Shown here: in pieces, positions 25,101 to 38,420 of the stretch
How positions within the stretch are numbered: position 1 is the first letter of the stretch
How the letters are laid out: every line of letters begins with the position of its first letter
Assembly: GCF_001194135.2 (NCBI RefSeq)
Contig: NC_068984.1
Location: 41,180,982-41,244,937, forward strand
DNA length: 63,956 bases
Direction: 5' to 3'
DNA from: Octopus bimaculoides
Taxonomy: Eukaryota
Program-made: the position numbers and the translations under genes
Notes under the pieces: model-generated
What the model saw: only the letters and a program-made list of their open reading frames with translations
What the model was told of the DNA's origin: nothing
The model's database searches: none

Positions 25101-25273
25101 GATATTTCTATAAAACTCATCATTCGTTGTTTCCATGATTTGTTCAGAACAGCACGCAACCTAGTTGTGTAAGTCCCATCAAGCTTGCTGTCTATCTTTT
25201 TTGTCAGGGTTCATACTGATGAACCGTAAAGAAGAACTGAAATACAATATGAACCAAAGTATTTAAGAATATT

Positions 25274-25456
25274 GGTTTCAAATTTCGATATAAGGCTAGG
25301 ATGTTTTTGGATGTTGGGGTGTCTAGTTGATTACATTGATTCCAGTGTTCAACTGGTACTTACTTTATCGACTCCAAAAGGATAAAAGACAGCATTTGAA
25401 CTCAGAACGTGAAGACGGACGAAATACCGATAACCATTTTGCCAGCTCGCCGTCTA
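25274..25456 (-). mobile_element. SINE family A with 16-bp TSD
   Basis: aagtatttaagaatat at 25257-25272 and 25459-25474. Confidence 0.9.
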
Positions 25457-26323
25457 AAAAGTATTTAAGAATATAACAAAGCAGTTTACATTTCCTTCCT
25501 TCATACATTTTACTTATTGGCCAAAATTTTCAAATAAAATAGAGAAGTAGCGTGTTGTAGCCCACGACTTAAAATAGCCCAAAATGTAGTATCAATTATT
25601 CCAAACTACAAACAAAGCCAAAACAAAGAACAGAAAAGAAAAAAACGCGTTGTCCTGAAAAGTAGCTTAATGCGCTACTTGTAGCGCAACCCGATTCACA
25701 ATAACATGTCTGACTCTATTTGTGTGTGTGTGAGAGAGAGAGTGTGTCTGTGCATGTATTTATATATGTGCATCTATGTACATATATTTGCATTTATTCA
25801 CGTTTATTTGAAAATGTTAGCTTGTGGTTAGTAGACATGTGCTGCACACGTGCAATTTATTTGTGTCTGTGTGCAAACGTGCTGTGTAAATTATTGTTTT
25901 TAAGCGAGCTGCGGTATAGCTGAGTTCCTAAAATACCTTCTGGTCGAGAAACTCAAGTGTTTCGTTTGGCTTTACACTTCCTGCTTAATTAAGGCATCGT
26001 TATTAAAGTCTACCTTCTTTTGCTCTATTCTCTCTGCTCTGAACTAAGTCAATTTTCAAGGTATACCAAGCGTCATTTTCATATTGTTTCTTGGTTATTT
26101 TACTTTCATATAGGCTTGTTGTTGTATGTTGTAGTTGTTGTTGTATGTTGTTGTATGTTGTTGTTGTTGTTGTTGTTTAGTCCCAGGGTAGCCCTGATCG
26201 AGCAGACTAATGATCAAAGGTATTATAGCTGCGAAAATGAAATGTTTTATTCAAACACACACATACACACGCACATATACACATATACACATGAGTGTGT
26301 GTGTGTGTATGTGTGTGTATGTG

Positions 26324-26363
<40 letters not shown>

Positions 26364-26369
26364 AGTGTA

Positions 26370-26510
26370 TGTGTCTGTTTGTCTTTGTGTTTTCTTCCAC
26401 CACCAACTGACGACTGCTACTGATGTGTTTCCGTTTCCGTAACCTAGCGATTCGGCAAAAGACACCGATAGAATAAGTACCAGGCTTTAAGAAATCAGTA
26501 AGCCTAGGGC
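26370..26510 (+). mobile_element. SINE family B tail fragment
   Basis: gtctttgtgttttcttccaccaccaactgac...gtaacctagcgattcggcaaaagacaccgatagaataagtaccaggct. Confidence 0.75.
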
Positions 26511-26514
26511 ATCA

Positions 26515-27402
26515 TCAACGAAAATCTATTGCCTGTCATCTCCATGTGTCGAAGTCAACGATGCGGTGCACGAAGACAAAGGAATATATCCTATGGTAGG
26601 TGAAGAGAGCAGCTCATGTCCGATAAGACCCAGGAGATCTGTGTAATCCGTTCAAAGTACTTGCTGCTCGCTAAACAAACTCAAGGACTCTCAACGACAA
26701 GCTCTGCTTCTTCTCAGATGAGAAGAATTTTATCCAACATCAAAAAGTGAACTGGAAGAATGACAAATAGCTCCAATGTTATGCACTATGACGGTCTTGG
26801 AGGCTGTAGGCAATGAGGGCCATGCCATCCCGACTCACTTTTCCCTACACGGTCTTAGGGTCAATGCAGTCATCTATATCGAAACAATGAAGATTGTTGT
26901 CAAGACCTGGATCGAGAGAGTTGCTCGCAGCAGACCGTACGTATTCTAACAAGGCTCAGTTCTTTCCTTTCACACAGCCTGCACGATCCAGGAGTGGATG
27001 GCTAAAATTTTCATGATCTTGTTATCCCTAAAATTTGGCCTCCTAGCTCTCCCTATTTAAAAGCCCATGACTTCTACGTCTGGGGTGTTATTGAGAGAGA
27101 AACCAACAAACATGCCCATAATACCAAAAACATGTTGGTGTCTGCTAATAAAGACGTTATGGCCAACATGAATAAAGATTACCATATCAACGCATTTGGC
27201 CGTTTCAAAAGCCGTATCTAAGCTGTAATCGAGGCTGATGGAGGTTTTATTGAATATAATTTTACTATGTGCATATAGGAACATGTGTAAAAATATGTAA
27301 AAATATGTGTACCAGATTCCATAAAAATATATTGGTTTTTCTAATAAATATTTTTGTTTTACTTAGACTAAAATTTTGTTCTCAAATAGCTGACGCAACA
27401 TG
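26515..27402 (+). mobile_element. Decayed DD37D (maT-like) transposon
   Basis: Frameshifted relic with SDEKNFIQHQKVN (D1) and IWPPSSPYLKAHDFYVWGVIERETNK...SRI*AVIEADGGFIE. The end gctgacgcaacatg|ta resembles the CAGGGTGCG TIR of the 13.8-kb copy. Confidence 0.8.
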
Positions 27403-28797
27403 TATGTATAAAGCTATGTTTAGCTTGGACCTGCTAGCGGATTATTCTGCCAACTAGAGACAAGCCGTACATATCTAGTTGTTACTGATGTTTCATCTCA
27501 TTTCAACCCTGGTTGAGCAGACTTACGATCAAAAGCATTCCAGTCGTGACCTTATTCGACCACGATAAGAATCTCTAATCTCTAAAGGTCATTGAACTTG
27601 CAAAGACAGTCTAATCTCCCTCAAATTACACCCTATGAAACAAGTAACCAAGTTGACCCAAGTAACCATACATATCCAATTTAGATCTTTCATACTCTTG
27701 CACAGTGCTTTGTCTCCTGTTGTGTTTCGATGTTCTAGTGTAGCTGACACAGCTGAAGACTCCAAGAACACATTGCCTTTTCTGCTTCAAACTTTATGGA
27801 ATTCATATAAAATTCTTTTTGGAGAGGTAAACAAAAGTGGTGTAGACAGTCTCACCTCCTAGATGTATTACCAAAAATGGCTGAGCTTGGCAACAAAGTA
27901 TAGTATTAATGTACGTTTTGTATGTTATTTATATTTTCATAAAAAAATTTATATTCTATAAATATTTCATTCATAATTTAACTCATCCATTTAATAATAT
28001 ACATTTTTGCTTGAATTTTATTTATTCATTTACATATTTTATGTTTATCTTCAGTTAGATCACATTTCAGAAGTTTGTTTCTCTTAAATTTGCATATTTT
28101 TCTTTAGTTTATATTTACATTTGATTTTAATTTATAATTTTCATCAAGAGTTTAATAATGGCAAATAAAAAAAAAAACTATAGCAATAACAATCACAACA
28201 GAAACGACAATACAAATAATAAAGCAACCACACACCAACAACAACACCAATAATAATAATAATGATGATGATGATGATGCTGATGATGATGATGATGATA
28301 ATCCTATTCAACACAATTACTTCCATACTCTCTATTGCTCCTATCATTACTGTCATCATTATTATCATTAATATTTCATCTCTATTTTTATTTTACTATT
28401 TGTTTACACAGTGTGGGAAGATGAAAAGTTCTCTTTTCATCAAGGGTGAAGATTTCGGATATTAAGTAGTTGCCTCAGATGTTTGGTAGTTGCAAGCATT
28501 GCAGTTTTCAATATTCTGCTGTAGCTTAATTTTGAGTGTAATTATTTTAGGTAAGATGGAGTCTTTCTTAAGAATTAATGTCGGTGTTCAAACCAATACT
28601 ACTAACACACTTGTTTAAAAGTTTGGATCCGTCAGGAATTCTCTGGAAGTCTTGGCAATTAATATAGTATTCCCTAAGTACAGCTTGTTAGTTATCTAGA
28701 ATATTTTCAATTGCATATTGCTATAACCCCACGGAGATGTATAATTCTAATATCAGAGACGTATAATTCTAATTGTTTCTAATATAGATACAAGGCC

Positions 28798-29013
28798 TAA
28801 GGCGACGAGCTTGCAGGAATAGTCAGCACGCCGAGCAAAAGGCTTAGCAGCATTTCGCCCATCTTTACGTTCTGAGTTCAAATGCTGCTGGGGTCGACTT
28901 TGCTTTTCATCTTTTCAGAGTCAATAAAATAAGTACTAGTTGAGCACTGAGTTCGATTTAATCGACTTTGCCCAATCCCCGAAATCGCAGGCCTTTTGCT
29001 AAAATTTGAAACC
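28798..29013 (+). mobile_element. SINE family A with 17-bp TSD (15/17 identical)
   Basis: aatatagatacaaggcc (28781-28797) versus aatatagttacaaggtc (29014-29030). Confidence 0.9.
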
Positions 29014-29329
29014 AATATAGTTACAAGGTCCGAAATCTGAAGTACGGGTTATCCGGTTGAATCGACTTGACTAACACCTTATTTTATCAAGCCTGGTGGG
29101 AATAAAGGCAGCGTTGGCTATTTTCAAAAGTATTTATAAGTATTGTGTCTACTGAGGTAACAACATATACACCTTGCCTCAAATAGATTTAACAGATTAA
29201 AAACAATTATCAGAAAAGAAAATGGAAGAAAATGCAGAAACGAAAATGCAGATACTCATGTATCAAGTATCATTCGCAACTTGATACATAAAATGACGCT
29301 ATCCAATATTCTAACAATAGCATTACTCG

Positions 29330-30200
29330 CGTTGTGAACTAGAAAGAATCTCTGAACGTAGGTCGGTTCCAGAAAATAATACGTGTAAAGGATATCTTAT
29401 GTGCCACAAGAGACAATGCTTTCTTGCTTGAGGAACTCTTTCAAAAGAAAAAAAAGAAAAAGATTTCCACATACCCACAAAAGAACAGCTAGAAGCTCTG
29501 CTTGATGTATTGGAGTGATAACTGTTCCACCATCTGGAACAGGACAATTGATCCTGTATGACTGATCTTTGAACTCGAGAATGAATTGAGGCGACAAGTA
29601 GAATTGGTGCATCCGATTTGTATCTCGAGTATCCATATATTGCGACACAAGCCGCAATATATAGATACACGAAATACACGAAATACAAGACCACAGTTGG
29701 AGATATTGGTAGTGATGTTGGTCCTTCATTCGTCCATACCTTTATCGCACAATACGGACAGGTGTCAGAGTGGATGTGACAAGTAGTAACATCTGGTCGG
29801 ATGGGGTCTGTAGGACATGCTAGTCCTAATGATCTTCGAAAACAATAGAACTGTGGAGGCATAAAGGGAAAAATCGACTAGTGGTGTTGGACAGATACTC
29901 CAGTTGCTATACTTGTGACAGTACGACCCACTTGAGGGCTTCATACCTAAAGATCTTGAAAAACTCAGAAGAGAAAAATGGCAGTCCACAGCAGAGGGAG
30001 CAACAACAATATCTAGCCCTAGAACACCACCGTTCATTGGGTCTTGTTGCAAATGTGCATCGGGGTAACTGAAACACTATCAAGTCTTTGTGGGACCGCC
30101 AAAAGCGCTAAATATCTAATTCTAGGCTGATGTTGAAGGTTTTCCCGTCTACACTTTTGCAAGACTGTTTGGGTGGTGTGATGAATTGGACATGATATCT
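29330..30200 (-). mobile_element. Very decayed retroelement coding relic, possible RNase H
   Basis: Only a weak motif, ITPIHQAELLAVLL (compare the RNase H 'S---QAEL-A---AL' helix), in a GC-elevated, stop-ridden region. Confidence 0.3.
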
Positions 30201-30284
30201 GCCTTGACTTTTTTCATATATCCCTTTGGAAGAAGTGGAGAAATGCAAAAATCTGTTTATTGTATATGTACATTCCAAAATATT

Positions 30285-30507
30285 CTTCTATTCTTTTACT
30301 TGTTTCAGTCATTTGACTGCGGCCATGCTGGAGCACCGTCTTTAGTCGAATCAAATCGACCTCAGGACTTATTCTTTGTAAGCCTAGTACTTATTCTATC
30401 GGTATCTTTTGCCGAACCGCTAAGTTACACACCAGCGTCGGTTGTCAAGCGATGTTAGGGGGACAAACACAGATACACAACATATACACATGCATACATA
30501 TATATAT
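30285..30507 (-). mobile_element. SINE family B 3' half running into a gap
   Basis: cttttacttgtttcagtcatttgactgcggccatgctggagcaccg...ggacaaacacagatacac then (TA)n and Ns. Confidence 0.85.
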
Positions 30508-32683
30508 NNNNNNNNNNNNNNNNNNNNNNNNNNNNNNNNNNNNNNNNNNNNNNNNNNNNNNNNNNNNNNNNNNNNNNNNNNNNNNNNNNNNNNNNNNNNN
30601 NNNNNNNNNNNNNNNNNNNNNNNNNNNNNNNNNNNNNNNNNNNNNNNNNNNNNNNNNNNNNNNNNNNNNNNNNNNNNNNNNNNNNNNNNNNNNNNNNNNN
30701 NNNNNNNNNNNNNNNNNNNNNNNNNNNNNNNNNNNNNNNNNNNNNNNNNNNNNNNNNNNNNNNNNNNNNNNNNNNNNNNNNNNNNNNNNNNNNNNNNNNN
30801 NNNNNNNNNNNNNNNNNNNNNNNNNNNNNNNNNNNNNNNNNNNNATATATATATATATATACATATATATCATATATAATATGCATACATATAAATATAT
30901 AATATAATATATATTTTATGCATGTATGTGTGTATATATGTATGTATGCATGAATGTATGTATGAGTACATATTCGTATATGTATGGTATTTATCTTTGT
31001 ATAGATGTATATATGTCTGTATGTAATGTCATGTGCGTATTATATTCCCGTCCTTTATTATTGTTTTCATTTTACCTCTGTTTTTTTCTTTGACATATCT
31101 CACATTGCAAACTTTGCTTTGACTCCCTAGTCACGATTCTTTATTCATTTGACCTAATTAAGCAATCATTATCTATTTAGATATGATCTTGCAAAAGACC
31201 GAATGTCCTTCTAGTATTTTAATAACGTAATGATATTCTGTTTGAATATTGACAACGTCAGTCATTTATGCATGCAATGTCAGTTTAGTATATATTTCTA
31301 ATTAGTTTAGCATGACAAGATTCGGTAGCTAATTAAATGACGAGACAAATGTATTTTCTCTTGTATTTTTCGCACTAGTTTATACTTGATTTTAACTGAA
31401 AAAGAAAAAAAAAACTGGGGTACAAGTTATAGTCGGGACAAAGCTAAAACTACGAAAGAAGACAAATTTGTGCCAAGAGTTAATATTAAATTAGGAATGT
31501 GACACATATACGAGTAAGTACGGTAATAATAATTAAGATAGTTCTGGAGATGAGTTTGACATTTATCTATTGTATTCGGAGAAATTAAGATAATTGCCAA
31601 TCACATACTGCTTAAAATACGAACCACATACTGCTTAAAATTGACCATCTTTCATTCCTTGTGCCATCAAATTGAAGAACGATTCCTTCGTGATTTCTTT
31701 GCCAAATATTATGTACTTAAGGAAATTTTGTGGAAGACCACAAATATGGTTCTTCGCTGCCTATAATCTTATTTTATTTTCACAAAATCTATATTACTGT
31801 TCATAAAAGAGTGGGTGAGCGAGAGAGAAAGAGAGAGAGAGCAGAATCTTCCTTCACTAGTACCAAATGCTTGGCTCGTACGCTGCACTAATGAAGAACT
31901 TGGTATTTTATTCATTGACTCCAAAGTGATAAAACTAAAGTTGGCCTTGACTGACTCGAACTCAGAGTGCAGGGAAAAGGAACAAATGCTACCAAAACAT
32001 TCTATCTGACCTCAAACGACTCCTTTTAAGTTGTCGTCTTACTCAATCGACCATAAACTTTTTTTAAATCATCAAACGATTAAGAAATGTGAGTTTGTGT
32101 ACATCCTACCATTTAGATTACCGAATGAGCCCAAAATATGTAAAAGTTATTCAACTTTCCTCATTGTATTGTTAGAAGCTATCACCCTTTCCTTTTGGGT
32201 TTGTTATTTTACTTTTTCAATATTGGTTTTCAAATAATTTTGTCAGAATTCTACATATAATGACGACTGAAAAACGAATGTCATACTTCATCGGGTAATT
32301 GGAGCACTAAATCGGTAATTGTATGTCTCATAACCCATTGGCTTGTTAAGTCTCTATGAGTCATTTAAGGGTTGGAAAGAATGCTCGTTGTATTAGTTCC
32401 GACTCTCTATACTCTGAGCTCAAATCCCACCGAGGCGAGCTTAGCCCTGCTCCTTTCAAGGTCGATAAAAAAAATTACCAATCCAGCACAACAGATTGGC
32501 GGAACTGTAGAAACGTCGGACCATATATTTTGCGGTATTTATTCCGGCTCTTTGTTCTAGGGTCAAATTTGTCGGCCTGGCATGCTTGGGTTGATAGACT
32601 AGCTCTCGTTGCGCCCGGTTTAACACCATATCAGTGGATTCTGTTCTACTGCAAGCATTCAGGCCATCCGCTTTTGAGTATAC

Positions 32684-32783
<100 letters not shown>

Positions 32784-33088
32784 CACGAACACATCCATAC
32801 ACACATACACACAGAGTCTGAGATACCCTGTAAAATGGTCATGAGCACTGCCTTCTCTCCTAACCGTGAGCTTTCATAAAAAAAAAAACATTTCACTTAT
32901 TGAACTTAAAGTAGTTATATCTTTTTGTACTATTTTATTCAAATCTATATTTATATGAGGAATTGGATTTAGTTCTACCGATTTTAATATATTGGATGTG
33001 AACGAACACGGGATAGTTCTAATGACAGGAATCGAACCACTGATGTTCCGGCAAGTTAGACATTGCATTACTAGCTCAGTGCAGTTTT

Positions 33089-33293
33089 AGCTCGGTGAGC
33101 TGGCAGAATCGTTAGCACGCCGGGCGAAATTCTTAGCGGTATTTCGTCTGAGTTCAAATTCCGCCGAGGTCGACTTTGCCTTTCATCCTTTCGGCATCGA
33201 TTAAATAAGTACCATTTACGCACTGGGGTCGATGTAATCAACTTATTCCCTCTCCCAAGCTACCCTTGTGGCAAAAACTTGAAATCATTATTA
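33089..33293 (+). mobile_element. SINE family A
   Basis: gagctggcagaatcgttagcacgccgggcgaaat...ggtcgactttgcctttcatcctttcgg, a near-consensus copy. Confidence 0.9.
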
Positions 33294-33660
33294 ACTCTCA
33301 GAGTGCTATTGTAGTGTCTTGTATGCTCTTGCGGTAACTACATGACATTTGTAACATTCATCACCAAAATAGATGCCTACAAGGAAACAATTATTTTACT
33401 AAAAGACGTTACTAGAACTTCTTAGAAACGAGACTTCATCTGACCAAGTTGATAGAATACCGATATACCGATCGAAGAGCCAAAAGTTCTATTCCATCAC
33501 CGATCTAGTACGGTCCCCGACAGAACCAATTCTCAGTGACCCAGTTTACCTAGCTGTAATTTGGTATCATATAACGTATGAAGGTCGTTTCACTGCTGAA
33601 AGTTAACTGTGCTTAATTAACTTGAAATATACCCTACGGATGATGTTCAGTCTCAGTATT

Positions 33661-33877
33661 CTTTTCTACTCTAGGTACAAGGCCCGAAGTTTGGGGGGAG
33701 TGGGGGAGGGGCAATCGATTAGATTGACCAGTTCGCAACTGGTATTTAATTTATCGACCCCGAAAGGATGAAAGGCAAAGTCGATTTCGGCGGAATTTGA
33801 TCTCAGAACGTAAAGACAAACAAAATACCGCTAAGCGTTTCGCCCGGCGTGCTCAGGTTTCTGCCAGCTCACCACCT
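33661..33877 (-). mobile_element. SINE family A with perfect 17-bp TSD
   Basis: tgttcagtctcagtatt at 33644-33660 and 33878-33894. Confidence 0.95.
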
Positions 33878-33954
33878 TGTTCAGTCTCAGTATTAAGACC
33901 AATAACTCGTTATTCTAAAGAAAGAACAATAGGAAAACGAAAGAAGCAAATGCA

Positions 33955-34290
33955 TCTCTGTCGGTTTCGACGATGAGCATTCCATTGTCTGATCAATTGA
34001 ATTACCTGCTCATTGAATTAACGTGTAAATGGTTGAGTATTCTACAGACTTATCTACCATTAACGTAATTGTTAAATGGAATCAATGCGTTAGATGTGTA
34101 TCAAGGCTGGACTTTTGAACTACAAGTACAGTCCATCTTTAGCGTCTCCTTATCTAAAGCTACTCACAAAGCCGGAGTCAACCTGAGGTAATGGGAAAAG
34201 GCACTTGCCCTAATTCCACACTGTGGAACCGAACCTGGGATCTCGTGGTTGGGAAGCGAACTTCTTAACCATTCGGTTATGCTGCGCCCG
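33955..34290 (-). mobile_element. Diverged SINE material (family-C-like 3' part and a tRNA-like head)
   Basis: Partial similarity to 56340-56470, and a head-like ggaaccgaacctgggatctcgtggttgggaagcgaacttcttaacc. Confidence 0.5.
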
Positions 34291-35474
34291 GACAGAACAA
34301 TACATCACTTCAGTGTATCTTACAATCCGGCCTCCCAATGGGTAATGTCAGTTTAGTTTATTTTAGAATTAGAGGGGTTTTTTTTATTTCTATATTTTTA
34401 TTTGTAGTTTGTGCCATCCGAGATTTCTTGAAACAATAAACATACATGTACTTTTGAGCTGATGGAATTGAAATTAACCATGTTCCGAGAAGACAAAAGC
34501 ACGAGGGAAAAATGTAGGTGATATTTAACACTGTCGATTGTTATTATATAAAGTTTCTGAAAACATTTAGTTTGTTTGCAAAGTGTGATAAGATAAAGAA
34601 TCAAGTCTGTCTATTTGAAATACTTTGGTTGTACAGTAAAATATTTAAAAGAAATTAGAAAACTGTGATGTTATGACGTCTATGCTTTTCAATAGGACAT
34701 TGGCTTTGAGTAAAATGTACCTAGAACCGAGAAATAAAGTTTGTTTTGGGATAGTTTTTTACGCTATTCTTTTTAAACTAGATCTTCTATTTGCCATTTA
34801 TAAACAAAATTACTTTGTATCTTTCGCTTACTTGACAAGGCTTGCAACTCGGCAGAGAAAAACAAAATTTGTTTTTATTCTAAGAAGTATCATAGGAGTG
34901 AAAGGAAAGCCTGGAGGGGAATTGAGACACTATTGCCAAAAATGTGGCGTTCATTGACCCACTCTTTGGCAGTAGAACAATATAAAATAAAAACAAAATA
35001 TGAATAGCTTTATATTACATACAGAAAATTATAGTACTAGTGTTAAGTTCTGAACTGACTAATAAACAGAGCTAAGAAAACCAACCTATATTGGGCTAAC
35101 GAGGACCGCTCAGCTCTACACGGAAGGCAGAGTTGTATGTAACAGCTGCCAAATATCACAGCCAACCACCTTAAAGAAGGAAATACTGAATAACTTAATC
35201 TTTATAGTTGGACTTATCTAAAATGCTTTGATCAACGCCTACTTTTTCAGAGTTGATCTGCAATAAACAACATCAATTGATACATATTTTCTACTTGACT
35301 TATAGAATCGCTGAAATAAAAGACGGCGATAAACTGTTGAAATGTTACATGGAAATTTGCCTTTCATAAAGAGTCTTCAGAATGTATCAACTGGGTAAAA
35401 CTCATCTCTATAATAATTGAAGAGTGATTCGATTCTTCTAATACTGCTAAAAAAGAAAATGAAGGATACGAACT

Positions 35475-35518
<44 letters not shown>

Positions 35519-36139
35519 GTGTGTGTGTATGTGTGTGTATATATANNNNNNNNNNNNNNNNNNNNNNNNNNNNNNNNNNNNNNNNNNNNNNNNNNNNNNN
35601 NNNNNNNNNNNNNNNNNNNNNNNNNNNNNNNNNNNNNNNNNNNNNNNNNNNNNNNNNNNNNNNNNNNNNNNNNNNNNNNNNNNNNNNNNNNNNNNNNNNN
35701 NNNNNNNNNNNNNNNNNNNNNNNNNNNNNNNNNNNNNNNNNNNNNNNNNNNNNNNNNNNNNNNNNNNNNNNNNNNNNNNNNNNNNNNNNNNNNNNNNNNN
35801 NNNNNNNNNNNNNNNNNNNNNNNNNNNNNNNNNNNNNNNNNNNNNNNNNNNNNNNNNNNNNNNNNNNNNNNNNNNNNNNNNNNNNNNNNNNNNNNNNNNN
35901 NNNNNNNNNNNNNNNNNNNNNNNNNNNNNNNNNNNNNNNNNNNNNNNNNNNNNNNNNNNNNNNNNNNNNNNNNNNNNNNNNNNNNNNNNNNNNNNNNNNN
36001 NNNNNNNNNNNNNNNNNNNNNNNNNNNNNNNNNNNNNNNNNNNNNNNNNNNNNNNNNNNNNNNNNNNNNNNNNNNNNNNNNNNNNNNNNNNNNNNATATG
36101 TTTTTTAATCGAAATCTTTTAATTGACAATAAACCTATT

Positions 36140-36290
36140 TGTTAAAAACTGTTAAATATATAAATGTAAAAATATATGTTATTTTAAGCAAATATTTATG
36201 TATAAATTTCATAAGCGTTTATAAGGGGGTTCCTAAGGTAAAGCCTGAAATATAAAGGGGTCCGCAAGTCAAAAAGTTTGAAGACCCCTG
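36140..36290. mobile_element. hAT (Charlie-like) terminal fragment
   Basis: Ends aaaaagtttgaagacccctg (rc CAGGGGTCTTCAAACTTTTT) followed by atctagaa, which fits the NTCTAGAN Charlie target. The other end is not seen. Confidence 0.65.
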
Positions 36291-36302
36291 ATCTAGAAGA
36301 CC

Positions 36303-36535
36303 TGCCACAAGCGTCACACCCGTAAATATGAAGAAAATTTGTTAGCATGTGCACAAGAATCGTCGGAGGACCTTCAACGACATTTTGCTGATGTTGTTGG
36401 TTTGTCGCATGGGTCGGTGCTGGCAATCCTAGCACCTGAATTGAACGTGCGGCGTGCCTCTGCCAAGTTTGTACCCTGCTTGCTGACCACTGAGCAGAAA
36501 GAACATCGCGCCGAAGTCTGTCAAGGTCTCCGCTA
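36303..36535 (+). mobile_element. Mariner transposase N-terminal fragment
   Basis: ADVVGLSHGSVLAILAPELNVRRASAKFVPCLLTTEQKEHRAEVCQGL, a second HTH plus the WVPHEL-equivalent FVP-LL motif. Confidence 0.8.
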
Positions 36536-36565
36536 GCAAGGCGGGTTATGCTGGCAGGAAATAAA

Positions 36566-36579
36566 TCATCATCATCACC

Positions 36580-36645
<66 letters not shown>

Positions 36646-36796
36646 GTCATCATCATCATCGTCATCATCATCATCGTCGTCATCATCATCATCGTCGTCA
36701 TCATCATCATCGTCATCGTCATCATCGTCATCATCATCATCATCATCATCATCGTCATCATCATCATCGTCATCATCGTCATCATCATCATCGTCG

Positions 36797-36844
<48 letters not shown>

Positions 36845-36857
36845 CCATCACCATCAC

Positions 36858-36904
<47 letters not shown>
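36566..36904. repeat. (CAT/CGT/CAC)n microsatellite
   Basis: About 340 bp; source of the poly-M and poly-S ORFs. Confidence 0.95.
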
Positions 36905-36905
<1 letters not shown>

Positions 36906-37085
36906 TTAAGGCGTCACACAGTATCCAATATCGTGATGTTGATTGCAGATATTGTGTCTACTGGAGGTTTGTACTGTCTGTCAAGTCGCAACAAGGACTT
37001 CAGACAGACAGTAGTGAACATGTTACCTATTTACGTGAACATGTTACCTATTTACTGCCAGGCAGGTTAAGCTGGCAGGAAATAA

Positions 37086-37142
<57 letters not shown>

Positions 37143-37146
37143 TATT

Positions 37147-38420
37147 GCCTTTGCACAGCTTCTAACGCTGGAAATGTACTACGGTGCCAGCTGTTCACAA
37201 CCAGTGAACTAAGGTAACACCCCTTATTTTTCGAGCACCTTCCGGAGTATTCGAGCGGTTCCAAGCAGTGCTGTTTTCTGCAAGTGCTCCACCTTTATTG
37301 CAGCCTCTATTTGTGCCATGTATTTCTCAAGATTTTTACTCACTGTTCCCAGGGCTCCAACAATTATTGGTACTACTACCACCTTTTTCATCGACCACAA
37401 CTGCTTAACCTACCAAGCTAACCTGTCATATTTATCGACTTTCCTGTTTTCCTTATCGCGTACCTTGTTGTCAGCTGGGCATGCTATATCTATGACCCAG
37501 CATCGTTTGCTTTCTTTCTCAATTAGCACTATGTTTAGTTTCTTATTCTCTATCTCATGGTCGCACAATCATAAAATCTTATAGAATCTTGAAATATGCA
37601 GTGATGACCTTGACTTTCATTTCTTTGTGCAATATATTGTCCAGTTCCGGGATCCCAAGGTACTTGTACCCGTCATTATCCGAGTTTTCCATTCTCACTC
37701 CGTTTGGCAATTCTATGCCCTTACAATTTACTCTTTCCCCCTGCTTCAAAGTAAGCACCGCACACTTCGAGATACCGAATTCCATCCCTATATCCTTGCT
37801 GTACATTTTCACAGTCTCAACCAGCCTCTCCATTTCAGGCTCTGTTTTCGCGAAAAGTTTTAAATCATCCATGAAGAGAAGGTGGTTGGGACGAGGTACA
37901 TTCTTTCTCAGCTCATAGTGCACGTTGATTTTACGTAAGACTACAGAAAGTGGGATCAAGGCTATAACAAATAACAGAAGTGAACAAGAGTCTCTTTGGA
38001 AGATACCTTTTTTGATTGTTACCTCGGCTAAGTGCTGGTTGTTACAGAAAAGACGTGTTTCCCAGCTTGGCATGCTGTTCTTAATCAGTGCACACACGTT
38101 CTCAGCTATTCTACACTTGTCGAGTGTTTCTAAAATCCACGAATGTAGCAACATGTCATAAGCCTTTTTGAAGTCTATCCAGACCATGCATAAGTTTTGT
38201 TTTTTTCTTTTTGGTACCGTTTACAGTTCTGCATTATAACCTTGTCTATCACAAGGTTGTCATTGGTGCCCTTGGATCCTTTTCGGCATCCCTTTTGTTC
38301 TACTGGTAGTAGATTGTTTTCTGCAAAGAACGTATATATTTTCTCTGCGAGGGGACCTGTTACTACCTTCCATAGGAGGTTAAAGCAAGCAATGGGTCGG
38401 TAATTGCCAACCTCATTGCA
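37147..38420 (-). mobile_element. R4/Dong-clade non-LTR retrotransposon (RT + REL endonuclease), 5'-truncated, internally deleted, (TAA)n tail
   Basis: RT motifs NYRPIAC, QKGCRKG, WIDFKKAYD, GIFQ(R)DS, LFMDDLKLFA, YKYLG. C-terminal REL-like region CWVIDIACPAD...KVDKYDRL...VPIIVGALG...LQKTALLGTARILRKVL* (stop 37224-37226). 3'UTR ~77 bp, then (TAA)n at 37086-37146. Confidence 0.9.

Noticed and set aside
31602-31641. 17-bp direct repeat cacatactgcttaaaat x2
   Set aside because: The 6-bp spacer is too short for an insertion with TSD, so this is ordinary slippage.
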